From assembly GCA_963674785.1 (NCBI GenBank), contig OY771555.1, positions 1,664,001 to 1,728,000 of the forward strand: a stretch of DNA of 64,000 nt, written 5' to 3'. This DNA comes from Caldisericia bacterium (GTDB lineage Bacteria; Caldisericota; Caldisericia; JAAYUI01). Below are positions 16,691-27,000 of this stretch, piece by piece. The notes below the pieces were generated by a model. It searched no databases. It was not told the DNA's origin and saw only the letters and a list, made by a program, of their open reading frames with translations. Within the stretch, counting starts at the first letter, position 1. Each line of letters begins with the position of its first letter. The translations under genes were made by a program, and so were the position numbers.

Positions 16691-19600
16691 CTATTCGTTC
16701 TTATCCATTATGCTTTCGAGTTCTTCCTCGAAATCAAGTGTTTCTGCTGTTGGTACATCCATCTCATCACTATCCATGAGACCTTCTCCGTCAGGAAGTT
16801 CAACAATCATCTGAGGCTCATCGGATTTTTGCATCTCTTGAGTATCGATATGGTGTAGGTCAATACAGAGTCCTTTAAGTTCTCTCTGAATAACCTTGAA
16901 TGATTCAGGTGTTCCTGATTCTGGGATTGGTTTACCTCGACAGATTGCTTCGTATGCCTTAATTCTTCCTTCAGTATCGTCAGATTTAAGGGTAAGCATT
17001 TCTTTAAGAGTATGTGCTGCTCCGTATGCCTGAAGTGCCCAAACTTCCATTTCACCAAGTCTCTGTCCACCAAATTGAGCTTTTCCGCCCAATGGCTGTT
17101 GAGTGATAAGAGCATATGGACCAGTTGACCTTGCGTGGATTTTGTCTTCAACAAGATGGTCAAGTTTCAAAATATATGCGTAACCAACGGTTACTCTCTG
17201 ATGGAATGCTTCACCTGTATATCCATCATAGAGTGTCATTTTGCCATCAGTTGGAAGCCCCGCTTTTTCAAGAGTATCAAATACATCCTGCTCAGATGCT
17301 CCATAGAAAACTGGTGTTGCAAAATACACACCGAGTTTTTTTGCAGCAAAGCCGAGGTTTGTTTCGTAGACCTGTCCGAGATTCATTCGGGAGTGGACAC
17401 CAAGTGGTGAAAGGATGATGTCGACGGGAGTTCCATCTTCCATGTATGGCATGTCATATCTTGGTAGAATTTTTGAGATAACACCCTTGTTTCCGTGTCT
17501 ACCTGACATCTTATCGCCGACCTGGATTTTTCTCTTTTGGGCAACATAAACTTTTGCCTGCATGTTGACACCCACCGGAAGCTCATCAGATTTCTCGCGT
17601 TTGTAAAGCTGTGTATCAATTACGATTCCGGTTTCACCTGGGTCAACTCGTTTTGAAGAGTCTCTGACATCTTGTCCTTTTCTGTCAAACATCGCACGCC
17701 AAAGCTTCATCTCCGGAGTAAACTCTGATTCAGCCTTTGGGGTTACTTTTCCAACAAGAATGTCGCCTGGTCCAACTTCAGTACCAATTCTGATAATTCC
17801 ACGATCATCAAGATTTTTCAGAAGTTCTTCAGAGACATTTGGAATCTCTCGTGTGAGTTCCTCTGGACCAACCTTGGTATCCCTTACCTGATGTTTGTAT
17901 TCTTTGATATGTATTGAGGTGTATACATCATCATAAACTAGTCTTTCATTAATGATGATAGCATCAAGATAGTTGAAACCTCTCCACGGAAGATATGCAA
18001 CGAGAACGTTCTGACCGATTGCAAGATCGCCTCTGTCGCATGCCTGACCATCAATGATTACATCACCGGCTGATACAAAGTCACCCTTTCTTACGAGTGA
18101 ATGCTGGTTGATACAGATATCCTGGTTTGATCTGAAGAATTTCTGGAGTGAATATGTGCTTTCATGTGAGACCTTAAGCTCGTCAACACCCGATCCTGCG
18201 AGCTTTTTAAGGAGATCCATTGTAAGATAAGAGCCTTGATATGCGATGACCTCATCGCCTTCTTCAATATCTTCGGCAAGAATTCTTGATGATTCGAGAA
18301 GATGTCCGTCAAATACAAACACATCATTTTCCTCAAGGGACATGATGTCAACAATTCTTATTGTCTCTACATCATTTGTCAAAAGCTGTCTGATTACATC
18401 TTCAGTTAGAAATGAAGAGTCGATCTGTTCGTAGGTTTTTGATTCTTTTGCATCTGGGAGAAGAATCTTACCAAGGAAACTACTCTTTTTTGCGCCTATC
18501 TTAAGACTAGATACAGGAAGAACTTCTGTTGAATCCTCAAGGTGTACTGAAACCTCATTAATATTTGCTTTGAAAAGCTTTTCAAGCCCCGCTTTGGTGA
18601 GTTTCTTCTCTGCTGCGATGACTGTTTTTCCAGTTGAATCAAGTGCTGGTTCTGCAAGCTTAAGACCAATTAGATTAATGTTCTTCTCAATACTAACAAA
18701 TTCCTGTAGGTTTATTGTTTCAACGTCGTCACGTCTGATTGTTCTTACTTTGAAATGGTTTTCCTGGACAAGCTTTCTTGCAACCGATCCATCAATAAGT
18801 TCACCGATTCTGCCAATTCCTTCGATATCTTCGCCAAGGAATCTATACAGGATGTCGCGGTTTACTGTACCAAGCTGGAAATTCTCAGGAGGAGCGTCAA
18901 GTGATGCAATCTTAATTGTTCCAGCATCGACGTATGAGACAACTCCGGATTCCTTTGCAAGAACAACTGAGCAGTTATCCACAACAATCCTGTGTTCCAT
19001 TCCAGTTCCAACTCTTGGTGCCTCTGGCTGAATAAGTGGAACAGCCTGATGCTGCTGGTTACATCCCATAAGAGCCCTTTTTGCGTCGTTATGTTCAAGG
19101 AACGGAATCAACGATGCAGCAACAGAGAAAACCTGGTTTGGTGAGATGTCAATATAATCAATCTCTTTACCAGGTATTTCTGAGAATGATGATTTGTATC
19201 TGGTTATGTTTTCACCAATGATTTCTTCGTCTTTGGTAAGCTCGGTGTTGGCCTGAGCGATTTTGAAGGTTTCTTCGTCATCGGCAAGAATATAATCGGA
19301 TTCATTTCCAACAATGCCATCTTTTACCCTAAGGTATGGAGCCTGAATAAAACCATATCTATCAATAATTGCATATGTTGCAAGGGAGTTGATAAGTCCA
19401 ACGTTTCCACCTTCTGGGGTTTCGATTGGACAGATTCTACTGTAGTGTGAGTTGTGGACGTCTCTAACATCAGCACCGGCGCGTTCTCTGTTGAGTCCGC
19501 CTGGCCCAAGTGATGAGAGTTTTCTTTTGTGTGTGATTTCTGCAACAGGGTTTGTTTGATCCATGAACTGTGAAAGCTGTCCAAGTCCAAAGAATTCTTT

Positions 19601-20890
19601 GATTGCGACAGTTATAGGTCTGACATTAATGATATTCTGAACAGTGAGGTCTTCATCAGGTAATGTGATGATCTTTTCCCTGACGATCTTGAGCATCCTG
19701 AGGAAACCAATACGAAGTTTATTGGAAAGTAGCTCACCAACCGATCGGACTCTCTTGTTTGCAAGATGATCCTTATTGTCAGGGTCAACGTTTCTTAGAT
19801 GGAGCTGATAGAGGTGATGAAGAATAGCACGGATATCTTCAAGAGTTACGAGGTTTGAATCAAGGTTTAGACCAAGCTTCTTGTTGATTTTGAATCTACC
19901 AACATCTGAAAGATTATTTCTTCTTGGATCCCTTAAGAATGTGTGGATGAGGTTCTCAGCATTTTCTGTAGTTGGACGTTCACCTGGTCTGATATGCTTA
20001 AACATATCAATAAGGGCTTCTTCACGTGTTTTTGTTTGATCCGCTTCGAGTGTGTGAACAATAAAGTCTGCAATGTCTGTATCGTTATAATGAATGTTTT
20101 CAATATCCAAACGTTTAATTTCATCGACGATGATTGGTGTGAGAGTTGTTCCTTCTGGGTAGAGATCGTGTCCTGTTGTAGGATGGAGAATCATTTCTGC
20201 AAGAGTTTTGCCTTGCACTCTCTGAAGCATATCTTTGTCAGCTACGTTTGCAGTGACAACAATTTCTTCGATAAAAAGCTCTTTGATTTCATCATCGGTG
20301 TAATCACCCATGACTCTCAAAAGCTCAGTGACAGGGAATTTTTTGGATTTCTTGTCAATTTTAACGTAGGCGATCTTATCATCATCCATCTCGAATTCGA
20401 GCCACGAACCACGATCAGGAATGACAGTTGCCATAGCTTTCGGTCTAACTGATGTGTGGATTTTTTCGTACTCAAAATAAACTCCTGGAGCTCTGACAAG
20501 CTGAGAAACAACAACCCTTTCAACGCCATTAACAATGAAGGTTCCTGCTTCTGTCATCTGGGGAAGCTCACCACAGAAAAGCTCCTGCTCCTTAATTTCA
20601 CCAGTTTCCTTGTTGATAAGTCGAACGGTTAATTTAAGGGGTACAGTAAATGTTAAATTTCTAGCTTTACATTCGAGTGGAGTGTGAGTTGGACTGCCAA
20701 GACTATAATCAACAAATTCAACCTCAACTTTTCCTGATTCACGAAGTGATCGATCCTGATTAAGTGACTCGATAAGGAAACGTAAATCCTCATCAAGAAA
20801 TCGCTGATACGAGTCGAGTTGAATGTTAATAAGATTTGGCGGTTCGCTCTTTGGTCTACGTTTGCTAAACCAAACCCGGTCTATTCTCAT
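16691..20890 (-). CDS. rpoB: DNA-directed RNA polymerase subunit beta
   Basis: GTFIVNGVERVVVSQL, QLSQFMDQ, CPIETPEG, GDKMSGRHGNKG, GGQRLGEMEVWAL motifs. Confidence 0.99.
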   Translation of the reverse strand: MRIDRVWFSKRRPKSEPPNLINIQLDSYQRFLDEDLRFLIESLNQDRSLRESGKVEVEFVDYSLGSPTHTPLECKARNLTFTVPLKLTVRLINKETGEIKEQELFCGELPQMTEAGTFIVNGVERVVVSQLVRAPGVYFEYEKIHTSVRPKAMATVIPDRGSWLEFEMDDDKIAYVKIDKKSKKFPVTELLRVMGDYTDDEIKELFIEEIVVTANVADKDMLQRVQGKTLAEMILHPTTGHDLYPEGTTLTPIIVDEIKRLDIENIHYNDTDIADFIVHTLEADQTKTREEALIDMFKHIRPGERPTTENAENLIHTFLRDPRRNNLSDVGRFKINKKLGLNLDSNLVTLEDIRAILHHLYQLHLRNVDPDNKDHLANKRVRSVGELLSNKLRIGFLRMLKIVREKIITLPDEDLTVQNIINVRPITVAIKEFFGLGQLSQFMDQTNPVAEITHKRKLSSLGPGGLNRERAGADVRDVHNSHYSRICPIETPEGGNVGLINSLATYAIIDRYGFIQAPYLRVKDGIVGNESDYILADDEETFKIAQANTELTKDEEIIGENITRYKSSFSEIPGKEIDYIDISPNQVFSVAASLIPFLEHNDAKRALMGCNQQHQAVPLIQPEAPRVGTGMEHRIVVDNCSVVLAKESGVVSYVDAGTIKIASLDAPPENFQLGTVNRDILYRFLGEDIEGIGRIGELIDGSVARKLVQENHFKVRTIRRDDVETINLQEFVSIEKNINLIGLKLAEPALDSTGKTVIAAEKKLTKAGLEKLFKANINEVSVHLEDSTEVLPVSSLKIGAKKSSFLGKILLPDAKESKTYEQIDSSFLTEDVIRQLLTNDVETIRIVDIMSLEENDVFVFDGHLLESSRILAEDIEEGDEVIAYQGSYLTMDLLKKLAGSGVDELKVSHESTYSLQKFFRSNQDICINQHSLVRKGDFVSAGDVIIDGQACDRGDLAIGQNVLVAYLPWRGFNYLDAIIINERLVYDDVYTSIHIKEYKHQVRDTKVGPEELTREIPNVSEELLKNLDDRGIIRIGTEVGPGDILVGKVTPKAESEFTPEMKLWRAMFDRKGQDVRDSSKRVDPGETGIVIDTQLYKREKSDELPVGVNMQAKVYVAQKRKIQVGDKMSGRHGNKGVISKILPRYDMPYMEDGTPVDIILSPLGVHSRMNLGQVYETNLGFAAKKLGVYFATPVFYGASEQDVFDTLEKAGLPTDGKMTLYDGYTGEAFHQRVTVGYAYILKLDHLVEDKIHARSTGPYALITQQPLGGKAQFGGQRLGEMEVWALQAYGAAHTLKEMLTLKSDDTEGRIKAYEAICRGKPIPESGTPESFKVIQRELKGLCIDLHHIDTQEMQKSDEPQMIVELPDGEGLMDSDEMDVPTAETLDFEEELESIMDKNE

Positions 20891-20965
20891 AAGACTCCCT
20901 TTCCATGCCTATAGCCTCTCTAGAGCATAGCCATAGCAATTGCTGGGCATTATAATCGAATAGCA

Positions 20966-20994
20966 ATATTAATAGACCCAGCACACGGAGTCAA
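20966..20994 (-). promoter_or_regulatory. Putative sigma70/SigA promoter of rpoB
   Basis: TTGACT-N17-TAATAT about 75 nt upstream of the rpoB ATG. Confidence 0.55.
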
Positions 20995-21078
20995 CAATAT
21001 ATGGTTAAGCACTTCTAACTAAGTAAAAGTGCTTGAGTTTTTAAATTTAGATAGACTATAGCAAGAAGTTGAAAAAAA

Positions 21079-24000
21079 TCAAGGCATCCAAATTCTAGCT
21101 ATAGTAATCTCGCCAGTAACAGCATTTGTTGTAATTTCGCAATCGAATACTTGCTCAACTATTTCAGGTGATATGAAAAGCATGCCATTTTCGATTGTTG
21201 GTGTTGATGGAAGTGTTATTGATTCACCCGAAACAAGACCATCTCTACTTCCGTTTTCAAAAACATATTTGTTTCCAAAAAGGTTAACTTCACATATTCC
21301 AAGGGACTCAATAACCTTATATTCAGCACCAAAAAGGGATTCAAAGATAGAAATGGGAAGTTTATTCACACTTGTTACTGGATTTCTAAGTTGACCAATT
21401 GGTAACCCTTCACTATCAACAATACTTGCCTCACCAACAATAAGTTTACCCCATATCCTCTTATAAACAGGGATAATCATTGTTTTTTCAGTGATATTTC
21501 CAGCAGCATCTATTACATTGAACTTGATTTCATTCTTACCTGGGATCAACTGAACATCAACTGAGAACATATCGTAAACAACCTTTGCAGGTTGCCCATT
21601 CGCGGTGACAACACAATTTGGTTCAACTCTTCCTTTAAGGGTAAATGTCTGTTTTCCAATAAGTTCTGGCAGTTTTGGTAGAAGAATCTCAGGAGGAATT
21701 GCATCAACGGAAATTGTAACAACCTTTGAGGTTGGTGGAAGATTTCCAACAGTTGAGATGATGTTGATAGTATTTATTCCATCAACAAGAGTAACAGATG
21801 TTTCGAATCTTCCAGTTGATGAAACTGTGACTTTTGTACCATTGATTCTAAGGTCTGCTCCTGGCGTAGTTTCTCCGCTGATTTTTGTTGTGTAAGAGTT
21901 TGTTATTGTTCTCACCTCGTCGATAATTAGATGCGGAGGTGTAGTCTGTGGACCAGGTCTTAGAGAAAGGTCTCCAGAAACATAACCACCTGCAGTTGCG
22001 GTGACAATAAGCTTGGTGTCTTTTTCGGGCACAAATGTAAACTCGATATCTCCAGTAACGTTTGTTGTTCCATCAAGGTCTATTTCTCCACCCTGGATTC
22101 TAACTCTTGCATTTTCAACCAATGCTCCAGTTGAGATATCGACAATTTTAAGTTTAACAGTATTTTCTACACTTTCGGTGATCGTCTCTGGCTCAACAAG
22201 TTTGATCTGCAAACCTGGTGAGGAGTCAAATGAGCTTATTGGATAAATTGAGTAATATTGTGGGGAATCTGCAAGTGTTAGGTTGTATGGTTCAGCATTC
22301 AACCATGTATTTGGGCATTTGTATCCAAGATAGATAACCTCTTCACCATGTCCTGTTGGTGTAAGTGTCATATAGGTAACTGGATGGATGTTGTTGTCCA
22401 ACATAACAAACCCACCCTGAGAAAGCTCATTATGGTTTGCGCCACTTGCGATAATTGATGACCCTTGTTCCATAGGAAGATCTCTGTCATCGGCGGGATG
22501 AAGTTCAATGAGGAGTGGGTTATCAACACCATATGCGAGGTCAAATGATGCAGGGTCAAATAGTTCTGAACTCAGAGGTTTGCCTGTTCTTGCAGATTTG
22601 AGAGTGATTTTTGGTGCTGCAACTTTGAGAAGATTTCCTGACATTGCATCCCAGTCAAGGAAGAATGTTCCATCTCTGCTACCCATATCTGAGCCTGCAA
22701 GAGCATATCCAGTTGTGAAATACTTGTATCTTGTCCCAATAAAGCCTGGGTCTGTATAGTATGGGAGTGGTGCACCAGCGACATCACCAAACTTTGTGCT
22801 TGCTGAGTACGGGTTACATCCTACAAGTCCACCAATCAGACAAACATCTTCTGCAAAAATTGTAAACGAGCATGATCCGAGTTCATCAAGAGGCAGATAG
22901 TCATGGAAGTTAATCAAACCGTCTTTGTGTCTGTCTGCAAACAGATATGTTCCTTCGTAAGGATGGTTGTATATAGCGCCAAGTCCCCATCCCTTTGTTG
23001 TTGTATCCATATCTGTATCAACCATTATCAATGGTTTTCTGGAGAATGTGTTATCTGAGTAGTGTTCATTTGTCGTGGTATAATAAACGGTTGTACCCTG
23101 TCTTACGACATCAGCCGATAGGGTCTCATCGTTCCAGGTGAAGTATTCACGTTTAGTTTTTGCTCCACCAAACAAGAAGATTTCATCATTACCGCTTTGA
23201 ATAACTCCATCCTCATTTGTGTCAAACCCAACATGGACTCCGTAGTTTATTTCACATTCATTGCAAGGGAACCATTGCCTTGGTTTCTGATTTGCAGGGA
23301 CATTAATAAACGGCATAAAGTGAGCTGGATAATTAATGTATTCATTACAAACGCTCATACCTTCAGGCTGTTGAGCGATCAAGGCGCCCTGTGAATTTCT
23401 GCAGGTTGCTGTTATGTTATAAATTCTATTTGATCCCGCTGTAAGAAGGAAGTCTGGTTCAGCAGGCGACATGAATACTTTTTGTTCTGGATCTTGGATG
23501 TTGACGACACTATATTCGACATCAGGTAAGGCAAATTTGACCTTTGTTGTTCCGATATTTCTCCTGTCAGGAGTATAGACTGTTAAGTCAAATTCGCCGG
23601 CATCATTTGCGCAGAATCCTGTAATCTTATAGATACCTTCTTTTGCTCCTGAAAAGTCAACATCGATAGGTTGGAATGCTTGATCTTCCCAATCACTGAA
23701 GAGATAAACATTCTGATGCAAATCAAGTGATAAATTATGAAGGTCAGTTCTTACCCAATAATACTGAGGTAATCTTGCCCCTTTTCCATAGAAAGCTTCT
23801 TGATCAGGATGCCAATCTTTAAAGAGATGTTCAAGTGCCTGGTCTTCTTCTACCTCTCTGTCGCCAAGAACGTCTGGTACCCCTTCGAGTAGGTTTACAG
23901 GATCGCCGAAAGAGTCGGTTACCTTAACTGTCAGTGGTTCAGTTGGACTGACAAGCTCATTAACAACACCTGCTGTAAGAGGTTGAGGAGAAATCTCAAT

Positions 24001-27000
24001 GTTTAGGGTATCGTTTGGTACAATGTTTGCTCTTGCTTCACCTGACATGTAAACTTCGTGTGTGTAGGCGACCTCAAAAAACTCCATCTTGGCGTATGGT
24101 GCAAAGGATCTATCGCTATTGTCATCACCATATTTATATGCGTTCACATAAACTGGAGCATGTTCTACTTCACTGACAATGTGGTCGCTACCGGTTGTCA
24201 TTCTTCCGCCACCGCGTCTAGGTCTGAATCCACCGATGTCAATTCCTATATCAGTTATCTGACATCCAGCTTCTTCTACGAGATCGAGATGATACATTCC
24301 ATCATTGTAGTTTTGGGTTCGACCGTCAACCATACCGCCAATCCAGGTATTTGATGCGAGGTCATATGTCCCGATAATCTCTGTTTCCCATTCAGAAAAA
24401 CTGATTTTTCCATTTTCATTAAAGTCAAAGAAATCTGGATACATTGCTGCACCAGTATAGTGAGCGTTTCTTAATGGCCATGGTGGGAAGAACATGTTTG
24501 TGTCACCCTGTCCGATGTGGAGTGGTTCATCTAATCCGTCAATACTAAAGGCTACACCTCTATCTTGCCAAACGAGAACAAAGGCGTTATTACAAGCCAT
24601 CTCAACCTGCATTGGATGTTCTTCGGTTATCTGAACATCAAAATGATGGTCTTGTCCAACAGGAATTGTTTCAGGAAGACCAGTGATGGTAAGTCCATGA
24701 ACCTTAATTCCAAATGGTGTATACTCATCACAGCAATCTTGGAAAACTTTTACAGTGCCATCAAACATCGTTACTTCGATTTGAATCATTCCACTTGAAA
24801 TCGGAATAAGCTCATCAATTTTAATAACATTTGAGATGCCAGTGTAGTTCAATCTGTGGTTCCAAATGAGGAATTCGTTCCAGTCTTGTGGATCGAATTC
24901 AATCGTATTGTCACCAAATCCGATTTCTCCGACAAAATCTTTTCCATCGTATTCATACCATTCCCAATTGGAGTTATCTACAATTACTGCACCACTATAA
25001 TCATATGAGAGAGGTCTATTGTGTCTCCCGTTATATTCAAATCCAGTTGTGAGTCTTCCGCCAGCAAGATCTTTGATTTCAGGAGTTTTAAATGGTCCTG
25101 TGACCTTTATTTGTTTTATGTGATATTTTTGAGGGGTTGGGTTTGAAATGGTTCCGGGGTCAAAAGTCATGTGGTTACCATTTGCGTCTTTAAGAACAAA
25201 ATACAATCCATAATCTGTGAGTGGCAGGAATTCGATACCAAGTTTGTTGAAGTTAACAGTGTGTTTTTCTTTATCTCTTTCCGGATCAACTCCGACTTTG
25301 TCACTGGATTTGTTATATCTTTGTCCCCACTCAGACCAAATGGCAGGGTAGGAACAGAAGCCGTGCATCATCGCTCTTGACTGACTGTTGCCTGGTCTTC
25401 TATGAGCCCTACCAAAATGAGTTTGTCCACCAGGATAAACTCTAAAATCATCCTGAAGGTTTCTAAGGATGGGATTATATGGCCTTTGAATCTGTGGTGA
25501 TGGGAATGGAAGAGGGTTTGTGGTGTAGTCTGGATCACCATTTGTATAATCTTGGATAGAGAACTCTAATCCTCTGTCAACAATTTGGAATTCGGAGAAG
25601 TTGAGCAATCCATCCATCTCCGGGACTTTAATCTTAATTATACCTGAGTAGTCCATAGCTTTATGGCTCTCATAGATATAGTTTGCAGGGTGATAATCCC
25701 TTTTGCTATTGTAGTCCCACATAATATCGAAGCTGGTGAATCTAGTACTAATGTCTCCACCTTGGAGTGGTTTTACAAGACCGAGTGCCCATCCACCGAC
25801 ATCAGTTTCTGAGAATGTTCCCCATGAGGTAATGTATGTCCATACACCCCATGTCTCAATTTCACCAAATGTGTCACCGGTTAACGGGTCAACGGTTTTA
25901 CCGTCAAAGATGCCGAGATGATCACCCTTTGTAACAACTCCCCATCTAATAAAGTTGTCATCATTTAGAGTTGGTCTTGTTCTTGATGCTGAGTCGTCAT
26001 TGTCAACAAGCTGTGCGTGCGATGAAACCTCGACTGGCATCTGGGTACCAATAAATGCTGGTGGCATAAAGCCAGGATTGTTTCCAACATAATCAAAGGA
26101 ATCGAGAGCACCGGGAATTGTGCCGACATCGTTCCAATACCAGAAAGCATAAGTTCTGTTCTGGTTATACTGAATGATGTATCTCTGACCACTTCCACCT
26201 ACCGCTGTAGCCATCCATTTTATTCCACATCCATTTGCGTTATAAAGAACCAACGTGTGTTCATCACGTCCAAGGGCAAAAGGGATACAACATGGGTCAT
26301 TAACATCTGATACATTATCACCATTGTAGCATTCGATACTAAGGTTTGGATATCTTTCCTCGAGTTGATCAAGACATTTTCTTGTTGAGGCCATATCAAG
26401 TCTCTCACAGGATACTTCGAGATAACACTCATCCCATGAATCGTACTCATCAGCAATTGAGAGACCAAGTGTTGGTTGTGGCCATGGATCAGGAACTCTT
26501 GTCACAAATTGTCCTGGATTTTGAATGTTTGAAGTCTGGATATATTTTGTCAAATAGAATCTGTCTTGGTAGGCACCATCTTCAGGCGTAGGTCTTCCCT
26601 CGATGCCACCAAAGTCTCCATATGCTGTAACAACAACTGGATCATATGTGCCATCAACATTCAATGACCCACGGTAAGGGGTCATCTCAAATTCAACAGT
26701 TGTTTGACCTTCGCCGATCGTCAGATATTGCTCATAAGGAACCGTTCCCTCACAAACAAGGTTTTTGACAATAATGTGAATCTTGTCATCACCGTGAAGT
26801 GTTGCACCAGTTTTCACGGTCATGTGAGATGTTTGTTCAACTCTCAAATATCTATCGGTCTTTACAGTAACTCCAAGGTCTCCAGGAAGTGCTGGGATAT
26901 CAATTGCGGTAGGATCACCACATTTGCCCATGCTTAGACCATGGACTTCATAATCATGAACCCATATTCCAATCTCATCAACAACGTCACCACACTGATA

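Noticed and set aside
18160-18905. rpoB insertion as an intein
   Set aside because: No Cys/Ser start, His-Asn end or LAGLIDADG motif; it consists of BBM2-like repeats
20895-21036. Structured RNA leader or tRNA upstream of rpoB (TGCTGGG/CCCAGCA and AAGCACTT/AAGTGCTT stems)
   Set aside because: Short stems with long loops, one overlapping the predicted promoter; no recognisable family and no covariation data
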